Assembly: GCA_040954595.2 (NCBI GenBank) | Contig: CM082593.2 | Span: 4,543,434-4,607,433, forward strand | DNA: 64,000 bases | Origin: Balanoglossus misakiensis | Lineage: Eukaryota > Animalia > Hemichordata | Direction: 5' to 3' | Shown: positions 10,413 through 22,205 of the stretch, piece by piece | Layout: each line of letters opens with the position of its first letter | Numbering within the stretch: position 1 is the stretch's first letter | Program-made: the position numbers and the translations under genes | Notes under the pieces: model-generated | What the model saw: the letters and a program-made list of their open reading frames with translations, nothing else | Database searches by the model: none | What the model was told of the DNA's origin: nothing

Positions 10413-13373
10413 CAGGATACCTATCTTATGTGGTTACTTTCTCATTCAAGTTAATCGCACTGTGCATTGCGCAGATCAGATAGGGATGTTCTAATGCGCA
10501 TGTCACTGCGCAACAACTCTACCCATGTTGTCGAACATTGGAGATATGCCAAGAAACAAGACCGCAATTTGCATGTAACCACAGACTGTGGATGATTTTT
10601 TGACAGTACAATTAATGTATTTTGTGACGTACTGACAGTTTAAGTTTCACAGATGGGGCTAATCTATATTGATAATCATTTCAGAGTAGGCCCTATATAT
10701 AAGTTCATGAATATAGTTAGTCACAACCTGACACATACACGCGTGCTATGTTCCCCCAAGGCAAAAAGATTTAGGCCTAACCTCACAATTAAACAATATA
10801 ACTCATATTTATCACGTAATACTGCCCGAACACTGGATAACATTAACACGGCATAAAAAATCCAAAATACCTCTTTATATTTAAATTACTTTCACTTTTA
10901 TAACAGCATAAATACATGCTTTCGATGTGGATTGCAACTGTGATTTAATAGGCCCCTACGTATACAACAATGAAATGTATTCGTGTATTTTGAGCATCAT
11001 GATTATTCTGTTTTCTTGTGTATACTATCAGGCGGGCGTCTAGGAGAAGCGTGGTCGTAGGCACACCTGAGATCCACATTGGCACACCTGGGCCAGCGCA
11101 CAGATGTTGGCCACATCCATTCAAGCGACCAATCAACCAACAAACCAACCAGCCCACCAACCAATCAACCACTTCGTACCATCACGTGGTCTGTTCAGTC
11201 CAACCATGATTTCGAAACCAGCCAGCAGCCCGACATGATACAACTTGGAACTGACGATGCTATGCATTTCACAGGTAAGTTTGCGATTAAAGTCTTATCA
11301 GTTTTGGTATGAAAGGGCTGTAGACCATCGGTAGTGTCCACACCTTGAAAGTTTTCCCGCAAGGCGAACGTACTTGGTGAAAATGTCGTTCAAAATCAAC
11401 ATCTAATTTGTGAAATATGTTCGCCCTGGTCTACTTATGAGAACGGTTGAGGGCGATCTACTTTTGCCTTCTGCTGTATGCAAGGACTACAGCCCCCCCC
11501 CCCCCCCCCGAAATTAAGCGGACACCAGCTGTAAATATTATGTAACAACCATTGTGCATTAATCATTTCCCTGCTTGAACGATACTGACTGTACACTGCT
11601 TCATACTGTTAGAATTTGACCAAGGGAAAGTTAGTTGATACAAATAAAACAACAATGACAAACAACCAAAAGTTAGGACTCGCATACACAACCTTGCAAA
11701 TCAAAAGAAGATCAACATTGGACTCTGGTGGCGCTTTCACATGTTCTATACGATTTATTCATTATTGATGACATACATTTTATGTCACAAAGGTCTGGAA
11801 GCCTCTACAAATTTTTAAAATCTAACTTTACCCCTTTGTTATAAAAAAAATAATGAACCATTTCTCCTTAAATCCATTTGCATGAAGGGGCATTATTCAC
11901 ACATAGAAGATAAATTTTAAATGTGGACTGTGGTGGCACCTTTTTACTCTACATGACAATATTATACACACAAATATCACACAAGCTATTTTTCTTTCTG
12001 ATCAGATCAGAAAGTGGCTTTTAAAAACTAATCTTCCATATACAGATATAAACCTTTCTATAATATATTTTATAAATTGTTGCCTTTTCCGTATACATAT
12101 AAAAAAATGCTTCAAAAATGTTTTACATGCCTAGAAAAATACCTCATTTTCAATACAATACCAAAGTTACTACACACTATCATGTAGACTGTGTTATTCA
12201 AATTCAGTTCTAAAGTTGCATAAATGTCCATATCTATTCTGTTTGTCTCATTTACAATATACAAAAATGCACATTTTCTCACAATCTTAAAATTTGACTC
12301 GTGTCATCCTGGGAATCTGTAGACCAAATTTCAAAGCAATAAGCAAATGAGAAAATGATATTCTGAAAAGTTGTTGCCACCAAATAAAAAAAACTCAACA
12401 ATCAAACAAATATGACCACAACATCTATCCTGAATATCAACTCTAATAGTTTCTGAGAAATCAATTGTTGACTGATGATTGATGGATAATGATAATAGAC
12501 AATGCTGACAGCAGAAATTTAAAGGTAACTGTGACTTTATATTAGCTCCTATGGATGGCATGGGAAAATAAGGATTTTCACTCAGGTTAAATTTTGCAGA
12601 AATGCAAATCTGTTCAACAATGTTGGTTTGCATTGACAATGGAGTTCAACTTCTGTCTTGATAAGTACATGCCAAATACACTCACTCTGCAAGAGCATCA
12701 TGTTATTTGAGTTCAGCTTTTTCAGTTTTTTTGGTTACACACGCATGCTTCCATACACACACACACAGGCAGGCACACACATGCAAAACATTTGTTTCCT
12801 CCCCACCCTCACATCTTTAAGTACTGCCTACAAATTACTTATTTCAAGTGCAAATACTTTTCAACATTCAAAAACTGGACTTATCATTAAACATAAAAAG
12901 AAATTTAGTTCACAAATAACTCTTAGTACTGCTCCATTGAAGAATCTCTATGTTCATTAGTGTTTCTTGTTCCATTCCCTAAACAATGGTTGAAATGCCC
13001 ACAATTCTACTGATCAACACAGCTATGTATAGGCAAAGCTGACAAGTAGAATAGTTGGCATTTTATCATATTGTAGGGAGTAGAGACAAAAGAGTTGATC
13101 ACAAACAAGAATACTGAAAAAAAATAAAACATTCAGCTACTGAACCTCTCAATATCATATATACAAATAGTGACACATTCATTTTCGGAGAATGTGGCCA
13201 TGTTTTGCAACCATGGGAATCAACTCCCGCTTCAGTTATATCGACTTTCAAATTATACTGCTCATATCTGTCCCAAACAATACCTTTTAAAGTCAAGCCA
13301 ATGATATCCTATGATATTCTAGCCAACTGAGAAAGTTCACTTTCAGCTGGTTAGCCAGTGTTGCAGGTGAAAG

Positions 13374-16300
13374 TCAAGCACTGATCTCTTGTGGGGCATC
13401 AGGGTTTTTGACTGCACGCGTGCTTGTATCATCAGTGTCGTTTTGCGTCGGTCTGGAAGGGCAGTACTCGTTCATTCTGTGCAACGCGAGTTGGTGAGGT
13501 GTGCTGCACTTCTTGCCGCAGCCGGGGCACTGACACGACTCCACGATGTGCACCATCCGGTGGTTGATCAACGTCAGGGCGTTGTCGCACCTCACGTCGC
13601 AGATGTCGCACTGGAAGTCCCGGGCGCCGACGACCGGGTGCGTCTTCTTGTGGTTCTTCAGCGTGGAAGACTGGGTGAAGCCCTTGCCGCAGATCTCGCA
13701 CTTGTACGGGCGTTCGCCGCTGTGGATGCGGAAGTGCTCCTTCAGGTGATGGCCGAGCGGGAAGGCCTTGAGGCAGACCGGACACTGGTGGCGCCGCACC
13801 TTGACCTCGTTGTGCATCAGCCGCTGGTGCCGCTTGAAGTTGCTGTGGTTGCTGAAACCCCGCCCGCACTTCTGGCACAAGTAGGGCTCGGCCTGTCCCA
13901 CTCCGTGACACACTCTCTGATGCTCGCGCAACGTCGCGGCGCACGACAAGACTTTGCCGCACAGCGAGCACACAAACCGATCCTCGTTAGCAAAGTTCAT
14001 CTCTGATAGCTGAGTAGCTCCGGTCCCATCCTGGGGTGGATGTTCAGATGCGTAGACATCGTTGGTATTCTGTCTCTCTTCAGTATTTGACTGGTCCCCA
14101 TCAAGACTCGAGGCCCGTCCCGTTTCACTTTGATCTTCAGATCTGCCAGATTTGATAACAGTATCTTTGTTGCTCCCTTTGCTGTCTAAATCTGTACTTA
14201 CAGCGTCAAAGCTGCCAGCTCCATGGTTACTGGTGTCCCCAGCTCTTTTCAACTGCTCGTCATCTGCCCTAGACTCGCCATCACACGAAGCAAAGTAGCT
14301 GCTCTCCTCAGGTTCAACTTTGATGTGGCCAAAAAACCGCACTGTCGACTGGTTTGGAGATTCTGTATTTGAGTTTTGATGAGATGAATTCGGTGACCGA
14401 CTCTGAGACATTAGAGGGGAACCTGAAACTCTGGCTTTTGTACTTTTTTCAATGTCTGCCCCTACTGCGCCGTGGTGGCCATTATCCTCTGCACTACCGC
14501 CATTGTTGTCAGACTCGAAAAATCTTGGTGAGACGCTGCTTCCATCTCTACTGCGACATCTCGATGGCCAGTGAATCAGAGGGGGGAGTTGTCTGCCTGT
14601 GGGACTGTTTAATTTATCTGGGGAGTGGTTTTCTGTCACTGCAGAAGTATGGTGACCCGGCGATGTCGTGTACCACTGTGTTATCTGAGCTGGAGGTTGG
14701 TGAATGCTGACAGGGTTGTCACTGTAGATACTTTTCATCTGCCCTGAGTCTTCTCCCTGCCGTGGTGGAACTCCACACAACAGGACTGACTGCAGCGTCG
14801 ACATGTATGGGAGGCTTTGTACCTGTCTGGTGGGACTGCCGTCTGCTCTGGGGGTGTTCATGGTTGGGGAGAGGGCGGGATAGGAATGCACTCTGCCGTC
14901 TGTCGTTTCCTTGACTTCAGGTGACGCGTTGGAATAAGGCGATGGAAACTTCGGCTGGGAGACTCCGCTGTGTCTTTTCTGGTGTGTCTTGAGCGTGGAC
15001 GACTGCTTGAACCTCTGCCCGCAGGTCTTGCACTGGTAGGGGCGTTCGCCGCTGTGGATGCGGAAGTGCTCCTTCAGGTGGTGCGACAGCGGGAAGGCCT
15101 TGAGGCAGACCGGGCACTGGTGTCGCCGGGTTTCGTTGGGGCCGCTGTGGACGAGTCTCTCGTGGCGCTTGAAGTTGCTCGGGTGGCTGAACTCCTTGCC
15201 GCAGATCTTGCAAGTGTAAGGTTTCTCGCCGGTGTGCGTCTTCACGTGCTCCTTGAGGACCGAGAGCTGCGTGAACGCCTTCCCGCAGAGCCCGCACTGG
15301 AAGCGACGCTTGGCTTTGGAGGAAATCTTCAGAAACTGCATCTCTGAAGACGCATCGTACTCGGGCGACGCTTCGCCGTTAGACGACCCGTTACTCTCTC
15401 TTCTCTCCCCTACGTCGCCGCAGTCCTGCATCTCGCTAGTTCTCATGTACTTCACTTCAGGCGAGTCCTCGTCAGCTACTCGTTTCCTGGAGAAGTCCAG
15501 CGGTTCACACTGCTCTTCGTCGTCCAGATGCTGATCTCGGCCATAATGTTGGTTCTGGTCTGAGTCTTCACCGCTGAGAGGCTGGTGCATGCCGGACTCT
15601 TCACTCTCTCTGTAGATGTCATCAGTGGTCGCAGGACGAAACGAGTACCCTTGAGGGGGAGTATTGCTTTGCTGTATGTTCGTCCGGTAAGAATGCAACT
15701 GCTGTTCTCCACTGTCAGATTTCTCCACGAGAAATCCGTTTTCCTGATAAGACAAATCAGTGTCTTTTCTCGCTGCTGCATAATCATCACTGTCTTCAAA
15801 ATGCTGGGCTTCATATGTCCTTGTTGCATGATGTTCCCCAGAAGCATCAGCCGTCTGGTCGATCGCACCCCTTGGGCTCTCTGCACCAAGTCCTGTTTCC
15901 TGGTTCTCCCTCGATGCCTCCTCTAATTGCTTCTGTCTCGCTTCTTCAGTGTCCTGTTCTAACAAGGCTCTCCTTAGCATCATGTCCGTGAGTTTCTCTC
16001 TGAACTGACCGAGACTCGTAGTTCCCGACTTTCTGAGATCACTACTTTCCGACCTCTTGATGATCTCTTTCATTACGTCGCGAATCTGCAGCGGTCGCGG
16101 ATGGATCCAATCCGAACTGTCTTGGTTTCTCGACGCGCTTTCAGATTGAGTCTTTGACGGTTGCTCGGAACTACTGCCGGACTTGGTCTCACTGGAGTCC
16201 TCCCCCGGAATGGCACCGTCGTTCTCGCTTTCAGAGTTGCTGCCGTCACTGATCGAGATCACGTCACTGGTGCTCGAGTGACCCGAATCGGAACTGGTCA

Positions 16301-16787
16301 CATTCGTGGTGCTGCTGGAAATATCGTCGCTTCGAGTTCTGCCTCTGTTGTTTGTGGGCGCCCCGGGAACAGGGTCCTTGTACACCTTGACGTGAGTGAA
16401 CCGGCTGCAGTTCTTCTTCTCCTGTTTGGGCAAACCCGTCTCTCCGGAGATTTCCTGGTCGTCTTTGCTGTGCTTCATCTTGCTTGAGATGTATCGCTTC
16501 ACTTGGTCCTTTGTGCCATAAAACTGAATTCCGTCCTCTCCGTCTTTGATGCGGAGAAAAACACTGCATCCAGTTAGAAGAGACAACCCATGGCACTGAA
16601 AGATGAAGCAGACAGCAAAAAATGACGGATCATCACAACAATAGAGTTTGTCCTGGCATAGTCATTATGTTGATTGTGGATTGATTCAGTATTTTTATCA
16701 GTGAGTTTTTGAATACCCAAAACGTGACAGTACCTTTTTGAATAGTGCCCTCTTCAGTTCCATTGCTGCAAGGGTTTCTTGCTCCAT
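13374..16787 (-). CDS. C2H2 zinc-finger transcription factor, ~1091 aa, with N-terminal truncated SRF/MADS-like segment: exons 16787-16734 and 16595-13374
   Basis: A 3.2-kb open exon with 4+6 zinc fingers (TGEKP/SGERP linkers, last finger C2HC). Acceptor CTTTCAG at 16596. The upstream exon MEQETLAAMELKRALFKK has donor AAG|GTACTG and acceptor TTGCAG at 16795 and joins in phase 0. PLDFS motif at 15489-15503. Confidence 0.9.
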
Positions 16788-19700
16788 TGCAAATCTGCAA
16801 TTATGAAAACAAAGAAACAAACCATGAAAATCGGCTTTCATTTTCAATTATGGTTAATATTTTCACTACCGGTACAAAGTTGTGAACTTTCACAACATTT
16901 TTGTGCATACATGACTTCATATATACATAACTCTAATTATTTAAACACAGATCTGTTGCGTAAAATCAGGCTATAGGTGACCATTTGTGGAAAGTTTTTA
17001 TTATATTTTACAAAAATGAAATAATTTGAGGGGTTTTGTAAATCACAGACTTGTCTAGCAGATACATTCTGGACACACTGAATTTTTCTATGAGATGAAA
17101 TGTGTATTTATTAGTGCAAGCTTTATTTCATTTGTCAACAGCAGTTGGTGCAATGTATACAGGGTGTGTTGACAAGCAGAAAACTGAACATTTTCGAATG
17201 CTACGAGAATTAAGCACCAGCAGTGCAGAAAATCCCACGCAATACATCGTGCAGCGTGGTACATGCATGCGTGCATCCGCCGAGTGTGACCTGAATATTA
17301 ACACGCACACAATAGCTGCTGGCCTAAAAAAACCGTCGGTGGTCTCCATGACAACAGGCACGAATTACTCATTGTCAGCCGTGCACAGAAAGTAGATTGA
17401 CCCTGACACAGATGTTTCCCTTTACTCTTGAATGGGAACATGAATCTGAGGACTGACTATTGCGAGTTAGGGACAACGCACTGTCAACTTCAGGGATTAT
17501 TCCTTTAAAGGGACAAAGTCTCTCTCTCGCTGGGCCCCTTTTCAACTTAATCATATTTGATACAAGACACCATTTATGTTATTCTACATGTGAATATATA
17601 GTGAATCAACGTTCGACCGCACACAACTTCCATCCGTTTGTAGACACCAGAGTGAAAAAACTCGCCAAAATGAATAATCGGTCTTTACCATTTATTCATT
17701 TTGGTGAGATTTTTACTCTCATATCATTGATTTTGCTTGTATTTTATTTTATATTATATCAGAGTGGACTCCAACCCCCACACACATAGCTGGGAACACC
17801 GACTTGCCTAAGGATTGCACCGATGCTAAATGATGAACACGGCAAACGTGAGGTGAGTGTAACTGTAGTATTTCTACCTGAATTTCATCATTAAATTTAT
17901 GAAATCTTTACAAATGTAAGTGACGGTACTTCCCACACATTAGAGCACTTCCACCAGTTAATTGTTCTTAAGAGCTGAATATAGTTTGGCCGAAAGATTA
18001 TAGTACATTTAACCTCTGCTGTGAATGAACAATGGTCTTGACCTCAAATCACTGGAAAGGGATTTTTGACCTGTGTGTGTGTGGCCTTGACATTGTTCAC
18101 GAACGAACACCACTGGGAAGTGGAGATCAGTGCCGTGTGCAGCATGCATGCAGCGTGTAGGTTTGGGGAACACCATGAGAATTGATGACTTTCACGGCCA
18201 GCCGTACCCACCCCTTGCAAAATATGTTTCCAAGCAGCCTGATAATAGCCATTTAATCACCAGAACTTCTAAATTTTATATTAAATTTTAATCTTTCACT
18301 AACATGTAGAGGTACAATAGAGCCAGTAGGTGACTTAAATAACCTGAATCCTCAGTGGTTTTTAATTGTCTGATTTTTTTTCAGAATGTGAAAAATTGAA
18401 AGTTATTTTAAGCAGCTCTGACCTAACTAGATATTCACACTAGCTCTGCTTTCTCCGACTACAAGTACAACCTCATTTGATTCAAAACTTTTTCTGTCAA
18501 CTTCGGAACTTTGTTAAGTGTTTGGTATTTTGTCAGTATTGAGAAAAGCAAATAGGTAGAACTAAAACCACTGGAACATTTAATATAACTGAATTTAATA
18601 CAAACTTAATACATGTAGGTTACCAGTACATGCATTCATATATACTAAACAGGTACGGGTTCATAGAAACATATGGTAGTATTTAACTACAGTAAATAAT
18701 CCCTGTATAAATGGATGCCACTACAGATATCATATGGGTGAATACAAGTATGACAAAAACATAGGCCACCATATATGGTCATTTACACTTTGAGGCACCT
18801 TCTTTCACCATATGCAGGCATATTTAAATGACAGCGACATAATACACCATGGATATTAGCTTTTGTTCACATTCGGTGAATGTACTTTGAAATAAAGCGG
18901 ATATCAAGTATTTGAAATTTTGTCCACATTTCTACAAGTATGATCCCCAAATATTTATAAGCCTGTTCTGGATTGATGAACTCAAACTTATTCAAAAGTT
19001 CAAAACTTTGCAAATTTTCCTAAACCAAATGCAATTGTTTTCTTGAAGTATTCAAAGTAAAAAAGGCCATTTTCTGAACGACTGAATGTAACCTACAGGG
19101 ATAATGACATTTTTGATAATCTTGGAAGCTGGATTAATTTCTAAAATAAATTTACTTGGAGTATATTTCATTTTTCTAAAAATTCCATTCCGATACTGAT
19201 TCTATATTCCATGACTTCAAGCCCAAGATTTTCAAGGCACTAACACGTGTAAACTTGTGTCCATCTTAAAATTTACATAATTAATGTTAATTTGGTGATA
19301 AGCCACCATTTCATACAATTTCACTTTTTAAATTTAAAACTAATGATTTTTAACTTTTTTCTCTTTTGAGTGCAGTCGGCTATTACTCGATCTGAAACAT
19401 GTCTATTCTGCCAGCCAGGGGAGCTGGTTAGCATTTCCCCACTTAAATGTAATCATAGGTATTGTTGCCATGGAAACAGTACATGCATTTCCTCATAGAG
19501 TTTTTTTTTTAATCGAATCCTGCAAAATGATCTCGAAAACGTGGGCGAACTACACGTTGAAATGTCACAGTTCTCATCAAGTCCCGCGCCGCTCTGCAGC
19601 TAGCTGTACCCTACTCTCCGGTGGACGTCCCCCCCACCCCCTGTCCAAATGCAAACCCGTGCGAGGTCGATCATCTATAAGATTATTTCGGCCGAGACAC

Positions 19701-20478
19701 CATAAATCAGGTCTGCACTATACACAACACCGTTTGTCATTAATGCGGCCAACCTTGGACGACGCCCTATTTGCATAGTCGACACAGATGCATAGCTAAC
19801 TAGCACAGATACTGAATGCATTTTGTACGTGTTTGTATGTCAATGGCCTCGCCACGCACCGAGCACGTATCGCTTTCAGTTCAATGCAGCGCTCTTTTTG
19901 GGGTCATCGGTGAGCTTGATCGAGGTGAAGCACTAAGATTTGGCAAAGTTTTTCTTTATCATACGTATTCAGTAAAACTGGCCCAGAGGAAAAGAGTTCG
20001 ACTGATTCCTACATTCTTCTGTACGTGGCCATTGCTAACGTGATCTCGATGACGGTTCGAGTAAAGTCTAGTCACGCAAAGCCATGCCAAACATTAACAG
20101 GGCATGGTGGTATTGCGAAGTCGATCAAAGTTGGAGAATGATCGTCTGATCGTCAATAAATGGGGATCGGAGAGAGAAAAGGGAGACATGGACGGGTGGT
20201 TTACGGTGCGAATCAATGCAGAATAAGAGACAGGCTGGCAAAATCAAAAGCGATCTAGGCCGGGGACATGTATATACGTGGCTGTGTTGACGTGAGTACA
20301 CTATGTGTGTGTACAGTTCATTCACGACCCTCGACATCATAACCCAGTTGCGCGCATACGCGACCGCAATACCCGATTTTCGGAAACGAGCCAACAGCAG
20401 AACACGGATTTCGCGACGTTTGCAAAGCCACACATGTTCCACACGCCAGCGACACGAGAAGTAAGTTCTACAACTTAC

Positions 20479-20565
20479 CTTGTGTGTGTCTACCGTTGAG
20501 ATGTGCAACGATCTCCGATCACACGATTCAAACGTGATCGGCCGTCTAGTGACCAGGCTGACTTT
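20479..20565 (-). other. Probable non-coding first exon of the zinc-finger gene
   Basis: Consensus donor CAAG|GTAAGT at 20479/20478 in a CpG-richer region. If spliced to 16794 it places an in-frame TAG upstream of the ATG at 16787. The 5' end is approximate. Confidence 0.45.
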
Positions 20566-22179
20566 CAAGGAAACGGCCTCCCTAAGTCCTCACCCATTAA
20601 TCAATGTGCGGGATAATTGTTTACCAACCTAGAGAGTCCAAATCATGAGCTGCATTAAAACTGTCATAGTCACGTGTTGTTAGCAAGCGTTCATCGGTGC
20701 ACGCAAGAAATATCCGTAGTATGCACGTGATTTTCATATATATCAGACACGTGCAGACTGAAAATTTAAAAAACCCAGTTTTCTTCGTTTTGGCCTTGCA
20801 AATCCCTCATGACTGCAAAATATAGGATTATCGACGTAAATTGTTTGAATACTTTATTACATCACTATAATTTCATTACATTGTGAATATTGACATGAAA
20901 GTCATAATCATGTGACAGTAGGCCTATTATCAATTTTACGTGGGCTAAATGTTGAGGAATCTCATCATTTTTGTTGTCCAAAAGTTTTATATTATCTCTC
21001 CCCGGTTTATAGAAATCGAGCAAGACATCGATTCTTACGTCACCAATGAAACTGGTAACTGCTGATAAGAGAGAGCTCAGTAAAAGCAAATTGATTTCGA
21101 GACATCTTCCTTTGTGTGTTTGGGGTTTGGGGGCTAACAGGTTACAGTTTGGGTTGATTATAATCTGGGACAATATTTTCAGCCTGGTGTGAATTAGGCC
21201 AAATGTATGCATTCTGATAAAACAAGTAATCAGTCAGAAATGGTAAAGTTATCGTTTTTTAAACTGCTCTTATCTACGCCCTTGATTCATTCGTAGTACC
21301 CCTAAGTAAACATATTTGAGGTTTGCTAAAGCCCTTTTTACCATCTCAAGTGTAGGCCACCGACTCGACTTTGAACTGGATAGAAGTCGGGGAAAATGCT
21401 TGGTTAATGGTTAATTAACATCTGGAAACAAGTAATTATATAAAAAATGGCGTTATATTTTTAATAACCCATATGTAATTACAGACAATTCGTTTGATGT
21501 GCATTACGCCTGTGTTCTCGCGAACCCCGTCGCCGAGACTTGCATTTCGCAACGTACACCACCGCCGAAGCCCCCTCATATCCGTATGTCCTACTTCGTA
21601 TATGACACCATTTCTCTGCTTTTACGGTCACCGTACTGAAAAAAGGGGTGATAAAGCATTATTTCAGGGTCAGTTATTTTTAGAATTCGTGGAAACGACC
21701 ACCTTATCTGTCTTTGATACACTAAACAAGGCTGACCTTTTTAAGACTCTTAGGGGTACAATTCAAAATCAACATTAGCTTGCTGTTTTGTAAAATTTAT
21801 CATGCGTACCTTGTTAGGGTTCATAGTTCCTATTTGCTACTTCGATCACACTTCTAAATTTGAAAACATCAAGCAAAACAACCCATGGCGAAGTCATTCA
21901 GTCTGCGCACAGAACGCCCCCGTTGGAATATTTTACCAGTAATTGCTGAGGGTTAGCTCACTTAGACATCTTAAACTGCATTGACACCCATGGTTTTGTT
22001 ATAGCGGAGTCCTTCTGGCTAACTTATCGGAATTTAGATCACAGATTATTATATGGGCCAGGATAAGTCTAGCTTCATTGCAGCCGGCCGCGGGTGTTGC
22101 TCCTGTTGAACGTTGTCCGCAAATGAGGCCAAAAAATAATGTGCACGTGCTGTTCCGATTACATGGTTTTCAAAAATAG

Positions 22180-22205
22180 GGTAGGTAGGTAGGTAGGTAG
22201 GTAGG
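22180..22205. repeat. (GGTA)6 microsatellite
   Basis: Direct inspection. Confidence 0.85.

Noticed and set aside
11032-11274. Plus-strand exon-like segment ending CAG|GTAAGT
   Set aside because: No frame open from acceptor to donor that I could find, low-complexity AACC content and no partner exons.
13389-16487. Multiple antisense and alternate-frame ORFs over the zinc-finger exon
   Set aside because: Shadows of GC3-rich codon usage in the real CDS.
17505-17815. TTAA-AGGGACAAAGTC start resembling another Kolobok-type MITE
   Set aside because: No convincing matching right TIR or TSD found.
21296-21759. 11-bp inverted repeat GTACCCCTAAG / CTTAGGGGTAC
   Set aside because: No TSD or defined termini; may be TE-internal but unsupported.
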